64,000 nt of DNA from Bacillota bacterium (GTDB lineage: Bacteria; Bacillota; Sulfobacillia; JAJZYS01; JAJYTV01). The position numbers and the translations under genes are program-made. The stretch spans positions 52,423-116,422 of the forward strand of contig JAJYSZ010000001.1 of NCBI GenBank assembly GCA_021793315.1. Reading direction: 5' to 3'. Below are positions 56,275 to 64,000 of the stretch, in pieces (the stretch's first letter is position 1; each line of letters begins with the position of its first letter). Below the pieces are notes generated by a model. The model was given only the letters and a program-made list of their open reading frames with translations. It was not told where the DNA came from and did not search any database.

Positions 56275-57294
56275 TTGAGAAGGCATCGTCGGCCCGGCTT
56301 CAAGGCGTCGCTGCCTCTGATCGTGACCCTTGCGGCGCTCCTGCTCGGCGGATGCGGGCTCGGCAAGCAGTCGACGCTCTCACCGGCCGGACCTGTTGCA
56401 CAGGCTCAGCTCGGCATGCTGTACGAGAGCCTCGCGATCATGAGCGTGATCTTCATCGTGGTTCTTGCCGTGTTCGTCTACTCTCTGATCCGATTCCGCG
56501 CGCGCAAGACGGATACCGAACTGCCGAAGCAGGTACACGGCAGCACGGCGCTCGAGATCGTCTGGACCATCATCCCGATCATCATCATCGTCGCCCTCTC
56601 GATCTCCACGGTGCACTACGCGTTCGCCCTGGAAACGCCCCAGACCGGCAAGGGCACGGTGCAGGTCCAGGTGATCGGCCATCAGTTCTGGTGGGAGTTC
56701 CGCTATCCCGGCACCGGGGTCGTGACGGCCAACCAGGTCCACATCCCGGTCGGTAAGAAGGTCAACTTCTCGCTGCAATCCGCGGACGTCGTGCACTCGT
56801 TCTGGGTGCCCCGCCTTGGTGGCAAGACAGACCTGATCCCCGGCCGCACGAACACGCTCTGGCTCGAAGCGTCTAAGCCTGGCGTGTATTACGGCCAGTG
56901 CGCCCAACTCTGTGGCGCAGGGCACGCGTACATGAAGTTCACGGTCCTGGCGCAGTCGCCTGCCGCGTACAAGGCGTGGCTCCAGCACATGCAGCACGAC
57001 ACGGTGTCCGTGACGACCCCGGAGGAGACGGCCGGCCTCGCCCTGTTCAAGCAGGACTGCTCGACGTGTCACACCATCCAGGGCACGCCCTTCCACGGAA
57101 ACGTGGGGCCGAACCTGACCGCCCTCGCTACGCGCCCGACCATCGCTGCGGGCACGCTGCCGAACACGGCGCAGGGCCTTGCCACCTGGCTCAAGGACCC
57201 GGCGGCCGCCAAGCCGGGCGCCAAGATGCCGGACCTCGGCCTGTCGCAGACCCAGATCCAGTCGCTCGTCGCCTTCCTGCAGACCCTGAAGTAG
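56275..57294 (+). CDS. ctaC: cytochrome c oxidase subunit II with C-terminal cytochrome c domain (caa3-type)
   Basis: TTG 56275 after GGAGGG. Lipoprotein-type signal LLLGGCG. CuA CAQLCGAGHAYM. Heme c CSTCH. Confidence 0.9.
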   Translation: MRRHRRPGFKASLPLIVTLAALLLGGCGLGKQSTLSPAGPVAQAQLGMLYESLAIMSVIFIVVLAVFVYSLIRFRARKTDTELPKQVHGSTALEIVWTIIPIIIIVALSISTVHYAFALETPQTGKGTVQVQVIGHQFWWEFRYPGTGVVTANQVHIPVGKKVNFSLQSADVVHSFWVPRLGGKTDLIPGRTNTLWLEASKPGVYYGQCAQLCGAGHAYMKFTVLAQSPAAYKAWLQHMQHDTVSVTTPEETAGLALFKQDCSTCHTIQGTPFHGNVGPNLTALATRPTIAAGTLPNTAQGLATWLKDPAAAKPGAKMPDLGLSQTQIQSLVAFLQTLK

Positions 57295-57318
57295 ACCGCG
57301 CAAGAGGAGGTACGGACC

Positions 57319-59184
57319 ATGGCGGCGATCACCGAACGCGTGGCCATCGCGCATTCCGAGGCGCGTAGCTACCATGGCATCTGGGCGTGGCTGGCGACGG
57401 TCGATCATAAGAAGATCGGCATCATGTACATCTACGCGGCCCTGTTCTTCATGGCCTTTGGCGGCGCCGAGGCGCTCCTCGTGCGCATCCAGCTCTGGCA
57501 GCCGAACAACCACTTCGTCTCCGCCGAGACGTTCAACCAGCTGTTCACCATGCACGGCGTGACGATGATCTTCCTGGTCGCCATGCCGATCCTGATCGGC
57601 TACATCAACGCGATCGTTCCGCTCCAGATCGGCGCGCGCGACGTCGCCTTCCCCCGCATGAACGCGCTCTCGCTCTGGCTCTTCGTCCTGGGCGGGATCT
57701 TCCTCTATACGAGCTGGTTCATGGGCGGCGCGCCGGACGCCGGCTGGTTCAACTACGTGCCGCTTTCCGGCGCCCACTTCAGCCCCGGCGCGGGCGTCGA
57801 CTTCTACGACATCGGCCTGCAGATCACCGGTATCGGCACGCTGATGACGGCGATCAACTTCCTTGTGACGATCCTCAACATGCGCGCGCCTGGCATGCGG
57901 CTCTTGCGCATGCCGATGTTCACCTGGTCGGCGCTGATCACGATGCTGCTCATCCTTTTCGCCTTCCCGCCGATCACCGTGAACCTGATCCTGCAGATGA
58001 TGGACCGGCTGTTCCACGCCACCTTCTTCAACATCCCGCTCGGCGGCAACGCGCTCCTGTGGCAGAACCTCTTCTGGATCTTCGGGCATCCCGAGGTGTA
58101 CATCATGATCCTGCCGGCCTTCGGCATCGTCTCGGAGATCATCCCGACGTTCAGCCGCAAGCCGCTCTTTGGCTACGAGTCGATGGCCCTGGCGCTCTCG
58201 GTGATCGCGTTCCTCTCCTTCATGGTCTGGACGCACCACATGTTCGCCGACGGGCTCGGCCCGATCGTCAACTCGATCTTCGCCATCACTTCGATGCTGA
58301 TCGCCGTGCCGACGGGCATCAAGATCTTCAACTGGCTGGCGACGATCTGGGGCGGACAGATCCGCTTCACGACGGCCAACCTCTACGCCCTCTCCTTCAT
58401 CCCGCTGTTCGTGATCGGCGGCATCAGCGGCGTCATGCTCGCCATGGCCCCCGCCGACCTGCAGTACAACGACAGCTACTTCGTGGTGGCGCACTTCCAC
58501 TACGTGCTGTTCGGCGGCACCCTGATGGGCGCCCTCGCGGGCCTCTACTACTGGTTCCCGAAGATCTGGGGCCGCCTCCTCAACGAGAAGCTCGGCCGCC
58601 TGAACTTCTGGCTCGTGTTCATCGGCTTCAACGTGACCTTCTTCCCGATGCACATTCTCGGGCTTGAGGGCATGCCGCGGCGCATCTCGACCTACGCGCC
58701 GGGCTACGGCTGGACGACGCCGAACCAGATCGCGACGGTGGGCGCCTTCATCCTGCTCGCGGGCATGCTGATCCTGCTCTACAACCTCATCCGCACCTTC
58801 GCGAAGAAGCCCGACCTCGTGCAGGACCCCTGGGACGGTCGCTCGCTCGAGTGGTCGATCCCCTCGCCGACGCCGGAATACAACTTCGCGCAACTGCCGC
58901 TCGTCGAGGACCGCGACGCCTACTGGGTGGCCAAGCGGGAAGGCAACGGCGAACTGCCCAAGGCTGAGCCGGTCGGTCCGATCCACATGCCGTCACCGAG
59001 CCTCTCGCCCTTCTTCCTCGCCCTGACGGTAGTTATCGCAGGCTACGCGGCGCTGCTGCACGTCGACTGGCTGGCCCTCGTGGCCCTGCTCGCGGTATTC
59101 TGGCAGATCGGCCTGCAGCTCGTGCACGAGGACCACGGCTACCACGTGCATCCCGATGTTCCGGCGGGAGGTGCGGCCGAGTGA
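57319..59184 (+). CDS. ctaD: cytochrome c oxidase subunit I
   Basis: FGHPEVYIMILP, WTHHMF, HFHYVLFGG. 621 aa. Confidence 0.95.
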   Translation: MAAITERVAIAHSEARSYHGIWAWLATVDHKKIGIMYIYAALFFMAFGGAEALLVRIQLWQPNNHFVSAETFNQLFTMHGVTMIFLVAMPILIGYINAIVPLQIGARDVAFPRMNALSLWLFVLGGIFLYTSWFMGGAPDAGWFNYVPLSGAHFSPGAGVDFYDIGLQITGIGTLMTAINFLVTILNMRAPGMRLLRMPMFTWSALITMLLILFAFPPITVNLILQMMDRLFHATFFNIPLGGNALLWQNLFWIFGHPEVYIMILPAFGIVSEIIPTFSRKPLFGYESMALALSVIAFLSFMVWTHHMFADGLGPIVNSIFAITSMLIAVPTGIKIFNWLATIWGGQIRFTTANLYALSFIPLFVIGGISGVMLAMAPADLQYNDSYFVVAHFHYVLFGGTLMGALAGLYYWFPKIWGRLLNEKLGRLNFWLVFIGFNVTFFPMHILGLEGMPRRISTYAPGYGWTTPNQIATVGAFILLAGMLILLYNLIRTFAKKPDLVQDPWDGRSLEWSIPSPTPEYNFAQLPLVEDRDAYWVAKREGNGELPKAEPVGPIHMPSPSLSPFFLALTVVIAGYAALLHVDWLALVALLAVFWQIGLQLVHEDHGYHVHPDVPAGGAAE

Positions 59185-59804
59185 GCGCCCAGAGCGAGAC
59201 CACGCGCGTCGCCTTGGAACATGAGACATCGCAGGAGCTGGGACTGCCCAAGGACCATCGCATCCTGGGGCTGTGGATCTTCCTCGCCGGCGAGTGCGCC
59301 TTCTTCGCATCGCTGATCGGCGCCTATCTGGGCCTGCACACGGGTGTCGCCCACGGGCCGACCGGCGCGCAGCTCTTCGACCTGCCGCTCACCACGGTGG
59401 CCACCCTGATCCTGCTCTCGAGCAGCCTCACGGTGGTGCTGGGCGTGGCCGCGATGCAGCGGCGCGACGTGCGCGGCATGCAGATCTGGCTCTGGCTGAC
59501 GGCACTGCTCGGCATCATCTTCCTCGAGTTCCAGGGCTACGAGTTCTACACGTTCTACCACCACGGGCTCACGTTGCAGACGAGTGCCTTCGGCTCCGCG
59601 TTCTTCACCCTCACGGGCTTCCACGGACTGCACGTCGCGTTCGGCGTGTTCTGGATCCTGCTGCTGCTGTTCCAGTCCCTAAGGCACGGCATCAACGAAG
59701 ACCGCACCACCAAAGTCTTCGTCATGAGCCTCTACTGGCACTTCGTCGACGTCGTCTGGGTCGTGATCTTCACCCTCGTCTACCTCGCAGGAAAGGTGAG
59801 CTGA
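59181..59804 (+). CDS. ctaE: cytochrome c oxidase subunit III
   Basis: 207 aa, 5 TM COX3-like. 4-nt overlap with ctaD. Confidence 0.9.
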   Translation: MSAQSETTRVALEHETSQELGLPKDHRILGLWIFLAGECAFFASLIGAYLGLHTGVAHGPTGAQLFDLPLTTVATLILLSSSLTVVLGVAAMQRRDVRGMQIWLWLTALLGIIFLEFQGYEFYTFYHHGLTLQTSAFGSAFFTLTGFHGLHVAFGVFWILLLLFQSLRHGINEDRTTKVFVMSLYWHFVDVVWVVIFTLVYLAGKVS

Positions 59805-59808
59805 AGCG

Positions 59809-60117
59809 ATGAGCCAGGAGACACCGCTGCTGCCCGCCAACGCGGGACGCTCGCAGAAGGCGCTCTACATCACGATCGGAGTCCTGAGTCTGGTGCTCAC
59901 CCTGGTGGCCGTCTTCCTGGTGGAGATCGGCCTGCAGGCCTCGATCGCGCTGCCAGTCCTGATCGCGCTGGCGATCGTACAGGTCCTGATGCAGGCTTTC
60001 CTCTTCATGCATCTGCGCGGCAGCCGGCACGTGTACACCTATTTCTTTGTGGGCGGACTGACGCTCGCCGTGCTGATCGGGACCTCTCTCATGGTCCTGA
60101 TCCAGCAGTGGGCCTGA
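59809..60117 (+). CDS. ctaF: cytochrome c oxidase subunit IV (CtaF-like)
   Basis: 102 aa, three TM. Position after ctaE, as in Bacillus-type caa3 operons. Confidence 0.7.
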   Translation: MSQETPLLPANAGRSQKALYITIGVLSLVLTLVAVFLVEIGLQASIALPVLIALAIVQVLMQAFLFMHLRGSRHVYTYFFVGGLTLAVLIGTSLMVLIQQWA

Positions 60118-60167
60118 CGCCCGCGGGGCGATGCGTCGTTCCCAAGGTATCAATCTGCATTAGGGAG

Positions 60168-61085
60168 ATGGCCCCCTTGGCAAATCCTCTCGAGCTCGAG
60201 GCCTCGCGCGGGCGGGCTGGCGTGGCCACGGTGGGCGACTACGTCCAGCTGCTGAAGCCGCGCATTGTCCTGCTGCTCATCATCACGTCCTACTGCGCCA
60301 TGATCGTCGCATCGCACGGGTTGCCGGCCTTCTGGCCGTCGCTCGTCGGCACGCTGGGCCTCGCGCTCTCGGCCGGCGGCGCCCACGCCGTCAACATGTG
60401 GTACGACCGCGACATCGACGCCGTCATGGCGCGCACAAGCGACCGGCCAGTCCCATCCGGGCGCATCCCAGCCACCCGCTCGCTGATGATCGGCATCGCG
60501 CTTGAAGTGGCGTCGTTCGCGCTCCTCCTCGACCTCAACCTGCTCACCGCGCTCCTTTCGCTTGGCGGCTTCGTCTTCTACGTCGGCATCTACACGATGT
60601 GGCTCAAGCGCCGCACCCCGCAGAACATCGTGATCGGCGGCGGCGCCGGCGCGTTCCCGCCGCTGATCGGCTGGGCCGCCGTGACGGGCCACCTGTCGCT
60701 CGCCGCCTTCTGGATGTTCCTGATCATCTTCCTCTGGACGCCGGCCCACTTCTGGTCGCTCGCGCTGTTCCGCCAGGAGGACTACCGCCGGGCCAAGGTG
60801 CCGATGATGCCGGTCGCACGCGGCGAGCGCGTGACCAAGGTCCAGTCCCTCATGTACACCCTGATGCTGCTCGCGGCGACGCTCGGCCTCTACCTGACCG
60901 GTGTCCTCGGTAGCCTCTACCTCGTGGCCGCGGCCGTGCTCGGCGTGGGTTTCGTGGCCATGTGCCTCGGCCTTTTGCGCGAGCGTGCGCCCGAGGTGCG
61001 CTGGGCCAAGGCCACGTTCGGCTACTCGCTCGTCTACCTGACCCTGCTGTTCGCCGCGATGGTCTTGAACGTGCACGCCATCTAG
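60168..61085 (+). CDS. ctaB: protoheme IX farnesyltransferase (heme O synthase)
   Basis: UbiA family. NMWYDRDIDAVMARTSDRPVPSG Asp-rich motif. Start ATG 60168 or TTG 60177. Confidence 0.9.
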   Translation: MAPLANPLELEASRGRAGVATVGDYVQLLKPRIVLLLIITSYCAMIVASHGLPAFWPSLVGTLGLALSAGGAHAVNMWYDRDIDAVMARTSDRPVPSGRIPATRSLMIGIALEVASFALLLDLNLLTALLSLGGFVFYVGIYTMWLKRRTPQNIVIGGGAGAFPPLIGWAAVTGHLSLAAFWMFLIIFLWTPAHFWSLALFRQEDYRRAKVPMMPVARGERVTKVQSLMYTLMLLAATLGLYLTGVLGSLYLVAAAVLGVGFVAMCLGLLRERAPEVRWAKATFGYSLVYLTLLFAAMVLNVHAI

Positions 61086-61127
61086 CGCAACCTGGAAACG
61101 GGATCCGTAGAAGCGGAGGCGGGCCCC

Positions 61128-61580
61128 GTGTTTCTCGCATACCTCAATGAAGCCTTCATGCTGCTCTCCGCCCTGTCGGTCGCCCTCGGCTGGCGCGCCA
61201 TCCGCCAGGGCAGACGCGACGTCCACCGGCGCTACATGCTCACGGGCAGCACGCTGGCCGTCCTCTTCTTTGTCAGCTACGTGCTGAAGTCTTTCCTAGT
61301 CGGCGATACGACCTTCGGGGGCCCTGAGAGCTGGGCCGTCCCGTATCTTGTCTTCCTGCAGATCCACACGGTGCTCGCCACCGTGGCGGCGATCCTCGGC
61401 ATCATCACCCTGCGGCTGGCCCTCAAGGGCCGCTTCAGCCGGCACAGGCGGATCGCCCCCTGGACGGCGGCATCCTGGTTCGTCGCCGCAGCCATGGGCC
61501 TTGGCGTCTTCCTCATGCTCTACATCGTCTTTCCGTCCGGCGCCACGACCAACATGCTGCGCGCCATCCTCGGCCACTAG
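61128..61580 (+). CDS. DUF420 family membrane protein (cta-cluster associated)
   Basis: 150 aa, 4 TM. Position between ctaB and ctaA, as seen for DUF420 proteins in Firmicute cta clusters. Confidence 0.65.
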   Translation: MFLAYLNEAFMLLSALSVALGWRAIRQGRRDVHRRYMLTGSTLAVLFFVSYVLKSFLVGDTTFGGPESWAVPYLVFLQIHTVLATVAAILGIITLRLALKGRFSRHRRIAPWTAASWFVAAAMGLGVFLMLYIVFPSGATTNMLRAILGH

Positions 61581-61650
61581 CTACTGGAGGTCCTGAACCA
61601 CGCACCGCGCAACCACGCCGCCGTCCAGGGGCCTTCTGCTGCTCGCCCGC

Positions 61651-62547
61651 GTGACGAACATCCTGATGTTTGTCGTCCTCATCGCCGGCTTCCTCGTGAC
61701 CGAGACCGGCTCGGCCCAGGGCTGCGGCCGGCACTGGCCGCTCTGCGACGGGCACTTCACGCCGCCCTTCGACCTGCACGGCTTCGTGGAGTATGGTCAC
61801 CGCTTCATCTCCGGCATCGTCGGCATCCTCGTCCTCTGGCTGGCCATCTGGGCCTGGCAGCGCTGGGGGCGGCGCCTGGAAGTGCGGGTGCTCGCCGTCC
61901 TGATGTTCCTCTTCACCTACATCCAGGCCTTGCTGGGCGCCGAGGCGGTCCTCTTCCCCACGTCCCCGGAGGTGCTGGCGTCGCACTTCGGCGTCTCGCT
62001 CATGGCGTTCGCCGGCACGTTCGGTCTCGACCTGCGCCTGCACGAGGCGGCGGCGGCGGCCCGACTCCAGGACGGGCAGCCGGTGGCAGTGACCCTGCCC
62101 AAAGGACTGCGGCGATCCGTCTATCTCTTCGCCGTCTACATCTTCCTTTTGGTCTATCTCGGCGCCTACGTCTCCCATACGGGGACCGGCATGCTTTGCG
62201 GCACGAGCTGGCCGCTCTGCTTGGGGCAGGTGGTGCCGAGCCTGCAAGGGGCCGTCTGGATCCCTTACCTGCATCGCGTCGCCGCGTTCGTCGCGGTCAT
62301 CTGGGCCGCGTGGCTTTACATCGCCCTGCGCCCGTATGCGCCGGAGAACTCCCTCGCGGTGCGCGGTGCAGCCGCGGTGCTCCTGCTGATCGTGCTGCAG
62401 GCCTTCTCGGGCTGGTACCTCGTGGCCAGCGGCCTCACGCTCGGCGCCATCATGCTGCACGTGACCCTGATGACCTTGCTCTTCGCGGCCCTCACCTACC
62501 TCGTACTGGAGACTCTGCCACAGGCTCGGCGCCAGGCGGGCGGCTGA
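61651..62547 (+). CDS. ctaA: heme A synthase (CtaA/COX15)
   Basis: Cys pairs GCGRHWPLCDG and CGTSWPLCLG in the extracytoplasmic loops. His ligands in TM helices. Confidence 0.85.
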   Translation: MTNILMFVVLIAGFLVTETGSAQGCGRHWPLCDGHFTPPFDLHGFVEYGHRFISGIVGILVLWLAIWAWQRWGRRLEVRVLAVLMFLFTYIQALLGAEAVLFPTSPEVLASHFGVSLMAFAGTFGLDLRLHEAAAAARLQDGQPVAVTLPKGLRRSVYLFAVYIFLLVYLGAYVSHTGTGMLCGTSWPLCLGQVVPSLQGAVWIPYLHRVAAFVAVIWAAWLYIALRPYAPENSLAVRGAAAVLLLIVLQAFSGWYLVASGLTLGAIMLHVTLMTLLFAALTYLVLETLPQARRQAGG

Positions 62548-62601
62548 CGGTCCGGCAGGACATGGGCCAAGCCCTGTCGCGCCACGAGGTTGCGCGCGAA
62601 C

Positions 62602-62644
62602 AGGAAGAGGCGGTCCGCCCCAGCGAGCGGGCCCGCCTCTTCCT
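62602..62644. terminator. bidirectional hairpin between convergent ctaA and AHSA1-like gene
   Basis: 12-bp perfect stem AGGAAGAGGCGG/CCGCCTCTTCCT with a 19-nt loop. No strong U-tract. Confidence 0.4.
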
Positions 62645-62656
62645 CGTCGTCTCGAA

Positions 62657-63042
62657 TCAGGCGAGCAGCGTAGCCAGCCGATCGTAGGTCTGCCGCAGGC
62701 CCTGGGCCGCACCGTAGTCCCTGATCGCCTGCTGCCGCTCCTCCACCGAGGCGAACCGCATGCGCACCGTGACCTCCGTCTGGTTCCCCTGTCCCAGCAG
62801 GGTCACCTCGTGGCGGAACCACTCTGGTGCGCCGGCTCGAGCACGAGACGGCTGGGCGGGTCCAGCTCGGCGAAGGTAATCTCGTTGGGAAAGACGCTGC
62901 CGTCCGGCCCCCGCATGACGAGGCGCCGCGCATCAGCGCGACCAGTTGCTGTGAACAGCCGCTCCACCACCACCTCACGTCCCGCTGCCGCGAACAACCC
63001 CAGGGCCCCACGCATGGCGGCCCTGACGTCTTCACCTGCCAT
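62657..63042 (-). pseudogene. AHSA1/SRPBCC-family protein gene with a -1 frameshift
   Basis: N-part MAGEDVRAAMRGALGLFAAAGREVVVERLFTATGRADARRLVMRGPDGSVFPNEITFAELDPPSRLVLEPAHQ, then the frame changes near 62810 to ...FRHEVTLLGQGNQTEVTVRMRFASVEERQQAIRDYGAAQGLRQTYDRLATLLA. Both halves are AHSA1-like. Confidence 0.5.
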
Positions 63043-63370
63043 CGGACTTCGCCTCCCTCTCCTGCACGTCATGCAGGTATTCCTCGAGACGGTCCATGCT
63101 CTCGGCCCAGAAGCGTTCGTAGAAGGCGAGCGAGTCCGGCGCGCTGCAGCACCTGCAGGTGCTTGGGAATAGCCGGCTGGCTCATGGCGAAGGCGCCGCG
63201 AGATCCCTGACGGTCGCCTCTCCCGCCGCCAGGCGCCGCAGCATCGCGCGGCGCGTGGGATCGGCAAGGGCCGAGAAGACTGAACTCAGGTGATCTTCCG
63301 CCACCGCCACAAAACCAATCTTGATTTCATCGTTTGGTTTATGTTGGCTGCATGATGGGACATTGTCCAT
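63032..63370 (-). pseudogene. ArsR-family HTH regulator gene with at least two frameshifts
   Basis: MDNVPS...HLSSVFSALADPTRRAMLRRLAAGEATVRDLAAP, then (other frame) FAMSQPAIPKHLQVLQRAGL, then (third frame) AFYERFWAESMDRLEEYLHDVQEREAKSDGR. Stop overlaps the AHSA1 start by 11 nt. Confidence 0.45.
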
Positions 63371-63483
63371 CTCCCCGGACTCCTTGCACGCTGTCCACCC
63401 ATCTTGACATCGGCGCGTATTTCGACGATTCTCTAACTGTTCAGTCGGCCGGCACCACCCGGCCATTCGGAGGTGCGTTTCTC

Positions 63484-64000
63484 ATGCGATTGGCCAGCCG
63501 CGCCGCGAGGTTGCTCGTACCCCTCCTGCTCGCAGTCACGCTCGCCGCGTGCGGCAGTTCGACGCCGCAACACCAGAAGAGCGGCGGTGCGTCAAGCGGC
63601 TCTTCGGGCAGCAGTTCCAACAACCTGACGAACGCCTTCCCGTTCGCGTCGGCCAGCCTGCCGTCGTACACCGCGAGCTACGCGATCAGCGGCTCCACCC
63701 AGGGCACCATGACGTGGACGATTGCGCCCGAGGGGCAGACCGAGACCCTCGTGACCATCCAGCAGCAGTTCCAGGGCAATGTGGAGACTGACCACGTGGT
63801 GCTCACCCGCAAGGGCCTTCGCTTCGTCTCGGCGCAGGAAGAGGCGACGGCGCCAGGCCATCACCTCACCATCTCCGCAAAGGTGCAGGGCAAGAAGATC
63901 GTCGAGACCGCCAATGTGGACGGCAAGGCCGAGGCCGTGAGCTATCCCGTCACCGGCCAGACGCTCGTCAACGTCGCGATGCTGGCGGTCCTGGCGGGTC
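63484..64000 (+). CDS. lipoprotein, function unknown (runs off window end)
   Basis: ATG 63484. MRLASRAARLLVPLLLAVTLAACGSS lipobox, then a Ser/Gly-rich linker. Frame open to 64000. Not in the track because no stop lies in the window. Confidence 0.6.
   Translation, partial: MRLASRAARLLVPLLLAVTLAACGSSTPQHQKSGGASSGSSGSSSNNLTNAFPFASASLPSYTASYAISGSTQGTMTWTIAPEGQTETLVTIQQQFQGNVETDHVVLTRKGLRFVSAQEEATAPGHHLTISAKVQGKKIVETANVDGKAEAVSYPVTGQTLVNVAMLAVLAG

Noticed and set aside
56380-58986. 868-aa minus-strand ORF
   Set aside because: It is antisense to ctaC/ctaD and is R/D/E/H-rich. The real genes are on the plus strand.
1-64000. rRNA, tRNA, CRISPR repeats, IS elements or integrases
   Set aside because: No tandem direct repeats with spacers, no tRNA-like cloverleaf candidates, and no transposase or integrase motifs were seen on reading the sequence and all six frames.

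Overview
The window is a GC-rich (roughly 65-70% by eye) bacterial chromosomal segment. It looks like a high-GC Gram-positive (Firmicute-like) genome: a DinR/Cheo-type LexA box, a DarA-like c-di-AMP receptor, YHS+CopA, Asp23 and a caa3-type cta cluster with ctaA/ctaB. I saw no rRNA, tRNA, CRISPR array or transposase/IS remnant. The provided ORF track treats GTG/TTG starts as M, contains many long Arg/Gly/Pro-rich shadow ORFs antisense to real genes, and omits ORFs under 60 aa. Several true starts (TTG/GTG) and small genes were recovered by hand.

Gene content in order:
- ABC-2 exporter pair; MFS transporter; a decayed fluoride-resistance pair (frameshifted DUF190 and crcB-like remnants); an Asp23-family protein.
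- Phosphate-scavenging block on the minus strand: glycerophosphodiester phosphodiesterase, MFS transporter, pstS-pstC-pstA. No pstB/phoU is adjacent.
- A lipoprotein; YHS-domain protein + CopA P1B-ATPase with a CsoR-like operator but no csoR gene in the window.
- pepP-like M24 peptidase -> hemL; ychF; an SDR; a Q/T-rich membrane-anchored protein; polysaccharide deacetylase; a secreted protein; an LmbE-like deacetylase.
- An SOS mutasome. A LexA-box promoter drives an imuB that is split by an in-frame TAG from a DUF4113-like C-terminal ORF. dnaE2 is transcribed separately and is translationally coupled (ATGA) to a DarA-like PII protein. A convergent AAC(6')-Ib-like GNAT gene sits between the two units. 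No imuA is present.
- A methyltransferase / HD / PaaI-thioesterase / tandem CN-hydrolase operon in which one CN-hydrolase paralog has lost the whole E-K-C catalytic triad.
- SWIM zinc-finger protein with a coupled partner; htpX with a GTGA-coupled unknown protein.
- The most striking locus (37.2-44.7 kb): a UDP-sulfoquinovose synthase (SqdB/SQD1-type) sits between two modules, each a polyprenol-phosphate-sugar synthase (GT2) + flippase-type protein + GT-C membrane glycosyltransferase. No SQDG synthase (GT4) is present. This suggests a lipid-carrier-mediated route that puts sulfoquinovose on a cell-envelope polymer.
- Two HD-GYP phosphodiesterases; a ytrA-like GntR + ABC-2 operon; an MFS transporter; pspA plus a small PspA-associated protein; isoaspartyl dipeptidase; a degenerate Mrp/MinD-like P-loop protein.
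- ctaC-ctaD-ctaE-ctaF-ctaB-DUF420-ctaA.
- A frameshift-riddled ArsR/AHSA1 pair; a partial lipoprotein gene at the window end.

Frameshifted genes recur (DUF190, crcB, ArsR, AHSA1, possibly a GNAT). This indicates either ongoing gene decay or indel sequencing errors. All calls rest on reading the sequence and remembered family signatures; no database search was run.
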